DNA from: Guillardia theta CCMP2712
Taxonomy: Eukaryota > Protista > Cryptophyta
Direction of reading: 5' to 3'
DNA length: 64,000 nucleotides
NCBI RefSeq assembly: GCF_000315625.1
Contig: NW_005434647.1
Location: 418,936 to 482,935 of the forward strand
In this document: piece after piece, positions 34,041 to 47,600 of the stretch
Layout: every line of letters starts with the position of its first letter
Position numbering within the stretch: the stretch's first letter is position 1
Notes under the pieces: model-generated
What the model saw: only the letters and a program-made list of their open reading frames with translations
Told to the model about the DNA's origin: nothing
Databases searched by the model: none
Made by a program: the position numbers and the translations under genes

Positions 34041-36689
34041 TCAAGTCAGTTCCTGTTTGATCATCTTCCCTCGATTCCACGTCCCTTCCCGGATCACCGC
34101 CTCGTCGTTGACGACCTCGATCAAAATCCCTTTCCCGTGCTTCAGCCCTCGGAAGAACTCTCCCTTGAAGGTTGTCTCCCCGTCCGCGTACATGAGCATC
34201 CCTGTACCATCCCACCTTGTTCAGCCTCCTTCCCCACCTCCCGCTTTTCTCTCAAGAGAGACCCCTCCCCTTTCTCGCCTCCTCTACCCCCGTCTCTGAA
34301 TCCCCCTTCTCCTTTTTCTTCCTTCCCTCTTGGCCTTCCCCCTCCTGATACTCCTGCTTCTCCTTGGTTTCTGCTCACCTTCCCCATACGGCTTGCCGTC
34401 TTCCATGCTTCCCTCATACACATCTCCATTGCTGTATCTCAAGGTCCCCTGCAGCATCCTCGTCATCCGCCATGGGCTCCTGCTCCGTCCCGCCTCCTTT
34501 CCTCGCCTTCCTCTCCTTTCTTCCTCCCCTTCTGCCGCTGCCTCCAACAACTCGCCCTCCTCACCTTCCCCGTCCTCTTTCCTCGCAAGAAGTCTCCCTC
34601 GTACTGGTTCCCGTTGGCCTGCACATACTTTCCTGTCCCGTGCGGCAAGTGGTTCAGCCACTCGCCCTCGTAAACCTGAAAGTTGATCAGAGGGGTAGGG
34701 GAGCTCGTCAAAGGTTTTCACCTCCCCATGGGCTGATTGGTAGGTGCCGATACCGTGCATGCTGTCCTCCACGAACCTTCCCTCGTATAAGTCCCCATGG
34801 GCTGATCTCCACGACCCTGAACCCCATAACTTGTCGAAGCTGAAAGAGACTGCGATCAGAACAGGAGCAGGAGCAGTAGAGCAGTAGAGCAGGAGCAAGT
34901 GCAGTATGATGCAGTTGAATATGATCGTAAGGATAGAAGAGTAGAAATACCGGAATTCTCCCACGTACTCGCTCCCGTCGTGCTTGAGCAGCTTCCCGTA
35001 GCTGCAAATAGCGTTGGTGGTGTACAGTGTGAAAGGTGAAAGCAGGTGAACGAATCAAGAGTGTATAGAAGGAAAGTAAGAGCAGAGAAGAATGAGGGAT
35101 GACTGGCTGCGTTACCCGTGCCTCTTGTCTTTTCTCCATTCCCCATCGTACATGTTCATGTCAGCGTTGAACTTCCTCTCTTCTGCGGAGTTTGATACCA
35201 TCCCTCCATCCGCTGTTGGCTGCACTTCTCCGTCCCCCTCCTCCTTCTTGCCCTGCAGCTCGTCCATTTCTTCGCGTTGCTTCTCCTGGACCTCCTGCTG
35301 CTTCCCTCTCCACCCCTCCCCCTCGCTCTCCTCTCGTTTAACCGGCTCCATCAAGATCCCCTTCCCTGAGCCGCGATCAATTTGGCAAGCATATCAGCTG
35401 TGTTCCTCACCATGGCGAAGGCCCTCTTGGAACTCTCCCTCGTAGAGAGCTATCATCTCCTCTCCCTCATTCCACTGCATCGTCCCACTACCATGAGCCA
35501 TCCCCTATCGACCATCTCACTGTCAGTTCCCTTCCTTTCTCTCCTTGTCACATCTGCTACCCTCCCTTGTCCCCTACTCTTCAGTCCCGCCCCCAACCCA
35601 ACAACTCCCCCCCCCCTTCCCGCCACCTCCTCCCCTCCCCCTTCCCTCACATTCTCGAATTGTCCAGTGTAGACCACCCATTTTCCTTCAGACTGAGCTG
35701 ACGAGAACCTGTTGAGGAGGAAGGAGGGAGTGAGTAAGTCCTCTATGACTGCACGCTTCTCACCTTCCGTTGCCATGCTTGTAGCCTGCCTCATAATCTC
35801 CTTCATACCGCGAGCCATCGACGTACTGCATTCTCCCCCTTCCATGCCGCACACCACTCGTATGTTCCCCATGATAACTGACATTAACGTCAACCTCCAC
35901 TTCCATGCACCTTCTCCTCCTCCTACCAGGATCCGTCCGCCCAGGTGTGCTTCCCTGCCCCTCCTACCTGCCCCTCCAGCCACTGCCCCATGTACATGCT
36001 CCCGTCCGGCCACTTGCCCGTTCCCCGACCGTGCCGGTATCCTCGCACCCACTCCCCCATGTATTGTGCTCCATCATCGTGATCCTGCCTGCCGTAGGCA
36101 ACCTGCTGCTGACCTCTCCCGTCCTCTACTTCGTTATTGGCGGCAGCATCGTCTGGCTGACTCTCTCCTTGCGTGTGACCGTCATGACCCGTCGACTTCG
36201 CTACCTCCTTTCCTTCCTCTCCCCCAGCCTCGTCACCATCTTGCAGAGGAATGATCGCTTCTGCATAGTCTTCCCCTGCAGTCCCTTGGAACGGGCCGGA
36301 GTACGTGGTGTCCTTCACCCGGAGAGAGCCGTACTTCCTCCTGCGGCAAAGTTGAGGGCTCTAACAGAGACTGACGCGTCAGGGGACTTACACGTCTGAC
36401 TGGAAGCTCCCCACAAAGACTGTTTCTTCGCTGTACTGCATGATCCCTTCCCCCTGTTTCTTGCCTTGAACAAACTCCCCGTGATAGATCTCTCCTTTGG
36501 GGGTGGAGAACTGCCCCTTCCCGTGAAGGACCCTGTCGTGAAGTAAACGGTCACAATTTTTGTACCCTTCCCTCCCTCCCTTCCCTTCCTCCCCTCCCTC
36601 CCTTCCCTTCCTCCCCTCCGTCCCCTCCGTCCCCTCCCGCCCCTCCCGCCTACCCATCGTAAAACTCTCCGTCGTAGATGTATCCTTCC
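34041..36689 (-). CDS. MORN-repeat protein (5' end in or beyond an assembly gap)
   Basis: Many YxGxW/F..G..HGxG repeats: YMGEWVRGYRHGRG, YEGEWLNHLPHGTG, YDGEWRKDKRHG. Stop at 34041-34043. Confidence 0.85.
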
Positions 36690-36789
36690 NNNNNNNNNNN
36701 NNNNNNNNNNNNNNNNNNNNNNNNNNNNNNNNNNNNNNNNNNNNNNNNNNNNNNNNNNNNNNNNNNNNNNNNNNNNNNNNNNNNNNNNN
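36690..36789. other. Assembly gap (100 N)
   Basis: Run of N. Confidence 1.
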
Positions 36790-37320
36790 GAGTGAGGGAG
36801 GAGGGAGGAGGGAGGAGGGAGGAGGGAGGAGGGAGGAGGGAGGAGAGAGGAGGGAGGAGCGAGGAGAGAGAAGGGAGGGAGGGGAAGGAGAGTAGAAGAG
36901 AATGGGAGGACGTTGAGCAAAGCTTTCATCGGGGTGATTTTGTGATTTCATTCGATTCAATCTGAAGCAGTTCGATTGGATTTGATTCAAATATTTAGAT
37001 TGGATTTGATTCAAATATTTAGACAGGTGTGAGGGCTGGCCCGCGCACACGTGCAATACGGCGCTGAAAATGTTGCAGGGACAGATAGGGGAAGAGGGAG
37101 GGGAGGAGGAGGGAAGGAGAAAAATAGGACGAGAGGAAGGAGATGAAGTCATAGAGTACATGGCATACTATCGAGAAGAATCAAGTGCTGTCTATAGGAG
37201 GAGGGTGAGCACTTCGTTCTCTTCATTGAAAGATGCGGCTCTCCGACTAATAACAGGCCGCTCAGCTCTTGATGTGACTCTGACTGGATGGTCTCAGGCA
37301 CGCGAACCTAGATTCACAAG

Positions 37321-38368
37321 ATGGGAGGAAGAGGACGAGGACGAGGTCGGGCAAAGACAGCAGGGACAGGAAGCAGGTTTCATTCCAGGCGTGTGTATGA
37401 AGAAGGGGACGAGCTTCTTATCCCGGGGCAAAATGCTGACAATGCAGCTGGGAGGAGGTTCCCGCTGCCGCTGGCCATGTGGGACTTCGGCCAGTGCGAC
37501 GCTAAGCGATGTACGGGGAAGAAATTGTCAAGAGCAGGATGGATCCGAGAGCTGAAGCCTCAACAGAGGTGCAGGGGTAACGCTATCGTCCTGACTCCCT
37601 CCGCCACCCAATCAGTGTGCCCCATGGACAGAGACATCATTCAGAGCGATGGCATCTGTGTGGTTGACTGCTCTTGGAACAAGGTGCCGTCTGTCGCTGT
37701 TCTGCTCGCTCTCTGATCGCTGTCAAGGTCGATGACATGCCCTTTCACACCCTCAAGGGTGGGCAGCCCAGGCTGCTTCCGTTCCTTGTGGCTGCCAACC
37801 CAGTCAACTATGGAAGGCCTTTCAAGCTGACGTGCGTAGAGGTAAATGACTTGCTGCGTCATGCTGCTCAGCTCTCTGAGACGCCTCGCAGGCCATCGCC
37901 GCGTGTCTGTTCATCGCTGGCTTCCAGGAGGAAACTCACCTCATACTGAGCAAGTTCAAGTGGGGCCAAGGCTTCATCGACCTGAACAAGGAGCTGCTTA
38001 CAGCCTACGCAAGCTGCACAGACAGCGCGAGTGTGGTGAGATGAAGGAGGGATGCGGGTGATGATGTGAGTGACTGAGGACCATGACAGGTGGCTGCGCA
38101 ACAGAGCTTCTTCGACTCGTGGAGCGCAGAGCGAGCTGCGCGGCGAGGACATGGAGGCGAAAGTGAAGGAGCGTCAAAGAAATCAGACAGCGAAGGGTCT
38201 GGAGAGGGATCGGGGGAGGGATCGGACGATGAATCCAGCTCAAGCTCCATTGAAGAAAACCTCAACCATCGGTTTCGCGATCTTGATACCAGAGGGGAGT
38301 CAGATTCAGACGAAGAAGAGGAAGGAAGTGAGTCTGGTCCGGATGAAGAAGACGTAGATGAAACTTAG
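37321..38368 (+). CDS. TSR3: 18S rRNA aminocarboxypropyltransferase
   Basis: [52 protein letters not shown] and [15 protein letters not shown]; acidic tail. Confidence 0.96.
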
Positions 38369-38510
38369 AGTTTTCGATCAGATATTTGTGTATTTCTTTG
38401 TTCACATCAAGACGGTGTTCTTTAATTTTTTATGGTGGACCGTGAGATATTCCATTTACAGCTTTCCCATTTTCAGTTTTCCTCTCGTTTTACTTGCATA
38501 AATCGCATGA

Positions 38511-39449
38511 TCATTCTTCGGTTTCTTCATCCTCCTCGTCAGTACTTGAGAAGGTCACAAGATCTCCGAATCTTTCCTGCCATTGTTATCAGCTCTAGTT
38601 AAGGTAGCAAGCATCTCCATACCTCTAAGTTCTCTCTCAACTCTTCCTTCCGTTTCAGATACGTCTCAACATCTTCTTCCTTCTGCTCAACCTTCTCATG
38701 GTCATAACACCTTACTTCTCGATTTCCATCCTACCATCGTCTCCAATCCGTTCAGTTGTGACTCAAGAATGTCTCCTACAGTTTGTGGGTCCCACGTTGA
38801 GAAAGTCTCTCCCCACCGAAACCTGCAACGAGTCAATCTGTTGTTGACTCTGAACTCATAGGATCAGTACTGTAGTGGAGGGGGCAAGTTGCGGATCTTG
38901 CTGAAACCAACAGACACACGTCAGTGCTGGCGCAGGATTAAGCGCAAAGGGAACGCACTCGAACTCTGGAGGAGCTTTGCACTTGTAGATCTCAAGCTGC
39001 GCCGAGGTGTCAAGGAAGGAAGAGGAAGGGACTTCGTCCTCCCAGCAGCTTCACCTCATCCAGAGCGTCTCGGAGGCTCTCGAGGTCTTCGTGATCCTTC
39101 TTCAACTCCTGCTGGAGGTCCTCGACCTCCTTCTTAAGACCCGCGTACTGGTTCAGCATCTGCTCACCAGTCAGTTTGCGGGGGAAGGAGGTGCCATCAG
39201 GCAAGGGAGATGCCTCACCAGCTGATCTTTGTACGTGAATTGGTTCTCACTCATCTTGGATGAGATCTGCAGGCCCCCACGTAACCTCGTGGAGAGTTGA
39301 CCTGGGCAGATCCCAGACTGGCATGCTGTGGAAGGGAGTCGGTGACTCGCGGTGGAGCAAGGAGCTCCATGACTGTTGGTTGCAAACGCGAGCTCAAGGA
39401 GGAGCAGACAAGAAGTCACTATTGCCAAGCTGCCCACATTCCCGGCCAT
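38511..39449 (-). CDS. Prefoldin subunit 4-like protein with a signal peptide and RLRGG leader
   Basis: FTYKDQL/MLNQYAGLKKEVEDLQQELKK...LESLRDALDE/LEI.../FRWGETFS...ILESQLNGLETM/VEQKEE...LRENLE/ERFGDLV follows the PFDN4 coil-hairpin-coil layout (TxEDQ..IN.F, L.DA.DE, IG..F, KFG..I). Confidence 0.7.
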
Positions 39450-39850
39450 GCCGATCAGAATACGTTAGAGGATTGTCCACTGATTTCACAAGCAAGGCGG
39501 AGGGATTTGGTGAGATCATCAGTAGCTTCCCATCGGGGATTTTTGCAGACTCAGGAAGACACCTGGTACAAGAGCACAGCATCAGAGCAATGCCGGTGAT
39601 AAGAGATGATAGCTTTCAGCGAAAGGTAGAGGAGATCTGAAATGGTACTAGTAGAACTGAAATGGTGATGGGTTTAAGAGGCAGGAAGCATCCAGCATGA
39701 GAAACAGGACGTGCAAAGAGCAGGCGATGGAAAGGCAACAGAGATGACAGTGAATGGGAGGCTGTGAAATGTTTTCTGTGGAAAACTGAAGCAAGATGGG
39801 GGGGGGGGGGGGGGGGGGAAGGAAGGGAGGAAAGAGAGAAGGAGAGAGGA

Positions 39851-39950
39851 NNNNNNNNNNNNNNNNNNNNNNNNNNNNNNNNNNNNNNNNNNNNNNNNNN
39901 NNNNNNNNNNNNNNNNNNNNNNNNNNNNNNNNNNNNNNNNNNNNNNNNNN
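39851..39950. other. Assembly gap (100 N)
   Basis: Run of N. Confidence 1.
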
Positions 39951-40394
39951 TGGAGCGAGGAGCGAGGAGCGAGGGAAGAGGTGGGTGTGGAGGAGCAGGG
40001 AGGAGTTTCAAGAGGGTGCTGGTGGGGTTTGGTGTGTTCGGTCCTTGGTTGGCGGCTGGGAGAATGCGACCATGCAGAGGAGGGGGATTGGCCGTGAAGG
40101 GGGTACTTTTCATGAATACGAAGGGGGTGGGGTCAGAGGGTGGTAGATTGCATGGGATACTGTGGGGCAAGGCGATGGATCCATGTAACGAAGACAAGAC
40201 TGAGGACATAGTGGAGGGAGCGAGGGAGGAGAAGAGGGAGGAGGGAGGAGGGAGGAGAGGAGGAGGGAGGAGGGAGGAGGGAGGAGAGGTAGCAGGAGAG
40301 GGAGGAGGAGGGAGGAAGAGAGGGATGTTGGAAGAAGAGGATCCTTAATCAGTCTCGAGCAAACGCTACGAGTCGTTCAGAGCTGCAAGTTCAG

Positions 40395-43300
40395 ATGAAA
40401 GGGCAACAAGCGCTGTTGCACTTGTTGCTCTTTCTCTTGGCAATCCCCGCGCGACCTGAGCTGGCTGTATCCTTGCGAGACTTGAAGTATCAAAGATTGA
40501 ACAACCCTCCTTCCTGGACGGCTCACCTTTCTTTCTCCTTCAGCACCACTCTGTCAGATCTGCAGGGGCACCAAGCATCTCGATGCTGGGTTGCGATTCG
40601 CATCAATAGCACACTGCTGGACACGCTCGAGGTCCCATGGACACCATCGCCCAACCATCACATCGTTTCTTTCTCCCTGCCTCCTCACGGGAGACACGAG
40701 GCGAGTCTTACCTGGAGTCTGTCCTCCAGCGCCGATGGACCGTCTCGCGCCGTCTCTGAACAAGACCTCGTCCTCATGCCCGAGTGCGAGTTTTCCTCCC
40801 AAGTCATCCCAGCGACGTGGGAGGCATGGATGGAGCAGTACTCTCAGTTCCACAGCAGCGTGGTAAGAGGGCTGTGCTCCCAGCGTTACCTCGTCTTCAA
40901 CGCCACTGAACGACGAGGACTGGGCAACCAGATGATCACACTGACCTCCACGTTGCTTGCTGCGCTCGCAACCAACAGAGCCTTCCTCGTGTGGTGGGAG
41001 AACCCGCGCCGGCTACGACATTTCCTGATGCCCCGCATGTTCGAGTGGGACATGAAGGAGCTTCAGCTGCAGGGCTTCTTGCAGGACATCGAGACAGTGG
41101 CTCAGATCTCGAGCGATGACGACTGCGAGATGCTCGCGGACATTGATGCCGATCTTGTGGTGCACAAGACTACACAGCTGTGCCCGCTCTGCGTCTTCCT
41201 CGACAACATAAACTGGTTTCAGAGCTCTCAGGTCCTCTCCCTCGTGCCTGAGCCAAGATTTTACTTCTTCATCGGTCGGACAGTCTCCTCCTTGTTTTCT
41301 CCCTCCCCTGCCCTCGAACAGAAGCTGGAGGCTCTCTGGGGGCAGAGGAAGGCTTGCGGCTCGCTGATAGTCCTTCAGATCCGTGTGGGCACAGCCTGCA
41401 CGTCAGGGTATGAGATTCTGAAGGAGGAGGGCGAACGTCAGATCTACCGTTGTGCTCGCAAGATTGCAAACGCGTCGAAGGATGCCTGCCTGATGATCAT
41501 CACAGACGACAAGAAGATCCACCCGAGGGCTCAGCAGGAGCTGGCGGGCCTCAAGCTGCTCTTGAGTGAGGAGGAGGTGATACACGTCGGACTGGACCAT
41601 GAATGCTCGGCAGAGAGCGAGGAGGAGATCTTTTCGAGGCTGCTGGGATCGTTTGCTGACTGGCATGTGATGGGGGAAGCGGATGACGCGATCCTGTCGG
41701 ACACGTCCTCCTTCGGGTACTCGTCCTATGGCAGGAGCATGCGGTTGCCCATCACTGTGTGGAACCATGATGAGGCTGAGGACAGGTGCGAGAGGAGGAC
41801 GTGGGGCCCTCAGAAGCCTTTCCCCTACGTCAACACAGCCGAGCGGTTCTTTCCTCCCCATGCTCCTCTTGACTCAATCTCTCCGTCCGTTCATCCCTTC
41901 ACCCATATCCCCGTCCGCAGCAGCGGGCCAGGCAGCCGGGGGAGGGCGGGGGAGGAGCGAGAAATCCAAGTGGATATCTGGATGGAGAGTCAAACGACGA
42001 CATGTCGGTGTAGATTCAAACTCTCCCCGTCAGATGATGCGAGTCGTGGGGTAGCAAAGCTCTCAGTCAACGACACTCTAGTCTTCTCTGCTCCTCTGCG
42101 CAACGTGTTGAACTCATCAGAGGAAGTCGACAAGGAATTCTCAGTTTCCCTCCACTTTGCTAGACGGGGTTGTTTCAGCATAGAGTTTGCTGTGCACATC
42201 GCATTTGACAACCGACACGTCAAGAAGTGGGTCTGTTTTATAACAGAGGAACAAGACGATCATCTCGTCCCTCTGCTCTCGGTGCTCAACCAGCGAGCTT
42301 TGGAAAGGATGAGCAGAACTGTTTCTCTCCAACTTGATCCGCACTCATACGACAGGATCGTTGAGTTTCATCGCCGTGCTCTTGTACAGTCACGCCGGCT
42401 CCTCCGTTGGGACTTCATGGGGGAAGTCAGTCAGACTTGCCTTGGCCTGGCTGCGTTTCTCTTGGTCGACAACTGCTCGTCTTACCATAGGCATCGGCAG
42501 GATTGGCTTCGCAGCATCGGCTTCTGCCACCTGTACACATACACACATGCTGAGCGAGATGGTTCCAGAGAGGACAAGAGGTGCAGCGATGGAGGCAGAG
42601 CAGGCGCAGCCGTTGATGTACAGCTGGAGGGGCGAGCTCACAGACTCTCTTGCTCGCCATCCTGGAAGCTTCTCGCATGCAAGGCCTTGAAGGCCTCATT
42701 GTCCTCTCTGATACGACGTCTCCTGCTGCAGACCCCTCCTCTATCTCCTCGTCCCTGCAGGCAGCGATCAACGAGCTGCCTCAGTCAGCAGACGTCCTCC
42801 TCCTCGCGTACTGTGAAGAGGACTGTAGCTCAGAGCACGAGGGCAGGTCCATCATCATAAGGGGAAGGCGACCAGCGTGTGCTCGAGACTTCCTGCTGAC
42901 TCCGGCAGGTGCGCGGAAGCTTCTTGCTCTGTCCTCGCCCTTCCCATCCTCGGACCTCAGTCACACCATGACCATGTTGATCGCCTCCGATGCCTTAGAG
43001 GCCTACCTCCTGCGGGACCCTGCCTTCCTCGGCTCCAGCTCACCTGGGCTCGACGGGGAGTGGCTGCCCCCCTGCCTTCAGTTCGGCAAGGTCTGGCGGA
43101 GGACAAGCAGGGAGCTCGTGCTCTCCTATTACCCCTCCTTGCTCAGCAACCACTACCTCTCTTCCATCTATGGCGTGCAGCTTCCCCCAGCATCCGACGC
43201 CTCCAAGGTCTTCTGGCTCCACCCGATGAACTTTTCGCATGCTCAGACGGCCGTCATGAGGAGCTGGAAGGAGCCGGAGGGACAGGGAGAGGGGGAGACC

Positions 43301-43738
43301 CTGCGAGTCCTCGTGGCAAGATCCAGCTCGTGCCGGTCGGTGCTCGGAGGCAACATGGTGGCGAACGGACGGGTCGAGTGTGAGGGCAGGGTCGTGCACG
43401 TGGTGGAGGATCGACCTTTGAAGCGAAGACTGTGCCTGGTGATCTCGGAGGCAGGGGATGTAGATGTTGGACACTTGCGGTCTGCTCAAGACTCCCTTGT
43501 GCTGCTCCCTGGGCCTGCGAGCAGGCAGCTGTTGCGAGAGCTGATCAACATGTTCTCCTTCCCACTTGTTCGCCACTCTTTCTTCGTCTTCTGCTCCCGA
43601 GGGAGCGTCCAGGACATGAGCTGTCACAAGCTGGCGATGGAGCTGAGAGAAGCAGGCTCCTCGGTGGCACAAACGTCCTTCCCGTCCTTGTTTCATATCA
43701 AGTGGAGCGACGTGCCTCAATTCCTGCAGGCCGCGTGA
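40395..43738 (+). CDS. Secretory-pathway GDP-fucose-type glycosyltransferase (GT37/GT23-like), probably fused to a GT25-like domain
   Basis: Signal peptide; GLGNQM...LLAALATNRAFL, IVLQIRVG, IITDD and DWHVMGEADDAILSDTSSFGYSS. Second ORF has ELPQSADVLLLAYC...FLLTPAGARKLL. The fusion across 42420-42680 is inferred. Confidence 0.75.
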
Positions 43739-44180
43739 CTCTGAGACTCTCGTGCCGCGATGATTCGGCGAGGCTCCGACGGTTGTTCGTAGTCATTCCG
43801 AGTGTCCAAGTCCCCCCCGGACCCGGGCCCGGCAATAAACTTGAATCTCATTCACTAGCCTCACATCGAGCGCTTCCATTCGGTCCCCTATTGAGTTCTG
43901 TAGTTCGATCTTCTCTGAATCATATCGAAGGTTTTTTGACTCACTAGCGGCCTCCTTCGCTTGGATCCCAGTCGGAGCTGGGCACTGGCAGCGCCGCGTC
44001 ACGGCACGGTTGCCAGCCTCCGATTATGAGCGAACTACCTGCCCTTCTAGTCACTAAGTCCTTGTCACTAAGTAGTGAGCCGGGCCGCCCGGCAGCCTCG
44101 GAGGCTCTGGACCGTCTCCAGCTGAGTCACCGTACCGTCTCAAACTTGAAGTAACCTCCGGCGACAATCTGCCCGGACCA
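43735..44180. promoter_or_regulatory. GC-rich island 4, followed by an AT-rich tract (44180-44500) upstream of the ART gene
   Basis: cccgggcccgg, tgagtcac, accgtaccgt and aaacttgaa words; abrupt switch to AT-rich DNA. Confidence 0.45.
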
Positions 44181-44670
44181 CAAAAAAAAAGTCCTTTGTG
44201 ACCAAACATGTAACAGAGATTAACAGAGTACTAATTACCCCACCCCACCTGAATATTCACTTCAATTTTAGCAAATGTATTTAAATTATTCATCTTATAT
44301 TCAATTTAAAAAAGATCAATTCAATTTTTTTAACTTTGTGTTGGCCAACTATTATGTCCAGGTCATATTGGTCCTCGAACAATAAAAGTTTGCCAAGACC
44401 AAACAAAAACATAAGGGGATCAAACGAATGAGTGCAATAAACTATAAAATTTCTCAAGATTTTGGTACAAATGTATTGTCAACTCTTAAAATTTGCAATT
44501 GATAGGCCTGGGTGCTGTATTCCAACGGATCGCGACTGCCCAATATGAAGTTCGAGCAGCGAGGAACGAGAAGCGAGAGAGGAAGAGCATGTCTGCATGA
44601 GAACGGACACGAAAGCAAGTGACAAGCACATCTTCTGACCTTCTTGCCTGCCCTGTGTACTTTTGCAACC

Positions 44671-47600
44671 ATGAGCCGCAGTCGTCTACCCCCACTGCAT
44701 GGTAAGACGAGAATGGGAGCGGACGTAGAGTCCTACTTTGTCCAGCATAACATCCGAATACTGTTCGAGGATCTTTCTTTGCAGCTAGCAATGAATCGCC
44801 CGGCCGATCCTTGCCTCTATATCTGTAAGAAAATGGCGGAAATCTGCGGCATTGAGCTTCCACCCACATCACAGCGTTCTTCGAAGGAAGAAGACATGTC
44901 GTATATCAGGATGCACTTGGAGTGGAGGAAGGACGGGAAACACTCGTCCATCCGAGCTTCGAAACGATCCCCGCATGCTAGTGACAAGGAGTGGGGCGAG
45001 TGGTGCCAGAGCCTCTACCAAGACGTCATGTCTTCACTACAGCCCAACGAGGTCCCAGTCCCCTCCTCCTTCCCTTCCAGGGCGAACAAGGACGAGAGTC
45101 CTGCGGAGCCGGCAGCCCCGTAAGAATCGTCTTGTTGCATGTTTGCCTGTCTGTGACCTTGCCCTCCGCCAGCATGCCTGAGGCTGAGGACAGTGCGGAA
45201 CCGCAGCGGGAGGACCCGCTAGAGGCGCTAATGAGCAGTTGGCAGCAGCTGTCGATCGAGGGATGCGACCTGAACGAGATCTTCTCGAAGCTCGACCTGG
45301 ACAAAAACGGGAGGGTGAGCAAGGACGAGCTGCGAGAGATCTTTATCCAGCTGCACATCCCCGTGGAGAACGTGGACATCGATAAGGTTTTCCACGCTCT
45401 GGATGCGAACCAGGACAACTCTATCGACATCGACGACATCCGTCAGATCATCTTCCGCCGCATCGACCTGCAGGTCATTGAGGACCTGGCCAACAACCTC
45501 GACTGGGCGAAGCTGTTCGCAAGGAAGTTCATCTCGCAGACGAAGCAGGGGAAGCGGCGCGCCTCCCTCTCCGGGGCCATCGAGCGAACCCTGAGCAACC
45601 GTTCCCTGATCCAGAACCTTTTGGACGACGTTAAGAAGGAAGTCGCGGTGCAGCTGGAGCAGAAGCTCAACGAGAAGTTGAGCTCGAACAAGACCAGGAG
45701 CATGGCTCCGCAAAGTTCGTTCAAGGACAAGTTCTCCATGTCCTCCAGCCACCTGCGGAACGCAGGGTTCGGCTCTCTGCGATGGTTCAGGAGGGGTCTG
45801 GACGGAACGATCGGCCTCCCTGCCATCAACGTGAAGGAGGCGATGGAGCTTGAGCACAGCTCGCTGGAGACGTTCATCACGGGGAACTACCAACTGAGGA
45901 CCTGCCCAGCTGAGGAGTGGGAGTTCGTGGTGAGCCCATCCGAGGCAAGGAAGTACCCCGGGGAGGAGAGCGAGGAAGATCCGGGGGGAAGGAAGCGATG
46001 CCTCCTGTCGGAGCTCATGCAGTCTCCGCTCGTTGCTGCGTCAGGGCTGACGGAGGAGGAGCTGATTGCGCTGAGGCTGTACACGGTGATGAGGTGGAGG
46101 TCGAGTGCGATGTGAACATGACGAGCATGGAGCAGGGGCCGATGTACATGCTGTACAACGAGGTGCTGCGAGGAGCGCTGCACAGGAAGAAGCAGAAGGG
46201 CCAGTTCTCCTATGTGACAACCATCCACATGATCAACAGCGGCATCCTGAAACTGGCCAGCGCGTCTCCTCTGCCGCCCGGCAGGAAGGTCTACCGAGGC
46301 CTCTCGGGGATGAGGCTCCCTGAATGCTTCTTCGTCGACGATGCGTCGGGATGTCGAGGAGGCGTCGAACTTGCTTTCATGTGAGGCGGGAAGAGGAGGA
46401 GGAAGGGAGGGAAAGGTTGTAGGAGGAAGAGGAGATGTAGGCACCACGAAGGATGTAAGAGGTACAGGAGGAGGAAGAAGAGGAGCAGGTGTAGGAGGAG
46501 TTCGAGACTGAATCCATGGCAGGTCGACGACGGTCAACTTTGACGTGGCGCTGCAGTACACAGGCAGCAGGGACAGCCTCCTCCCCATCATCTTCGAGAT
46601 CAGCATGGGGCAGGTGGATCGGGGAGCGTCATTGCATTGGCTGAGCCAGTACCCGGAGGAGAACGAAGTCCTGCTCCCTCCCCTCTCCAACCTGGAGGTG
46701 ATCGGGTCCCCCAAGGCCGAGGTCTTCGGAGAGAGGAACGTGCTCGTGTTCTCGATGCGGCTGAACGTGAACCTGAAGAGCATGAACAAGGAGGAGCTGG
46801 AGGGGAGGAGGAAGGCCCTGCACATGAACGCCCTCAACAACACCATGCAGGAGATCGAGCGAGATCTGTTCCAGCGGGTTGCGATGCTGCCGAAGGGAGA
46901 CGCAGGGACGGTGAGGGGGGAGGGACGCAGGGTGGTGGAGCGGATCCTGGAGGAGTGCAACAGGTTTGTGGAGCTGTACGAGTCGCAAGACGTCCGATGG
47001 TACAACAAGGACATGCACTACAAGCATGCGCTTGAGGAGAGCTCGAACTTGCGGTCCCTCTCGCTCGAGCTCTTCTCCTACTGGGAGGAGAACACTGAGG
47101 TGGCGGACTACAACATAGACGCGCTTTCCATGATTCAGGTCCACCGTCTCAAGAGCTCCTTCCTCCTCCAGTGCTACAGGGAAGCGGAGACGGAAGAGGA
47201 GAGGAAGCAGGCCGCGCTCAAGATTGTCATCTGGGAAGGGCTGGTGGAGAGCGAGGAGAAGATTGACACGAAGCGCGGCTTCGACGGGGATACGGCTCTC
47301 ATCACTGCTGTAGCTCAGGGCAACGTGGATCAGACTATCCTTCTCCTCGACGCCAGCTGCTCCATCCACGCGCAGAACCGCAAGGGCTTCACTGCCCTCG
47401 CCACAGCATCCCTCAACGGCCACCTGGACTGCGTGCGGATCCTTCTCGAGAGGAAGGCAGACGTGGCCAAGATGAACGACAGGAGCGAGCCTCCCCTCTT
47501 CCTCGCCTGCCGCTCCGGACACGTCGAGTGCGTGAAGCTGCTGATCGAGTATGGCGCGCGGGTGCAGACGAGGGCGATGGAGGGCAACTCGAGCGTCTTC

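Noticed and set aside
36315-37161. ORFs spanning N runs (also 39616-40348 and 48229-48693)
   Set aside because: They are artefacts of assembly gaps and low-complexity flanks.
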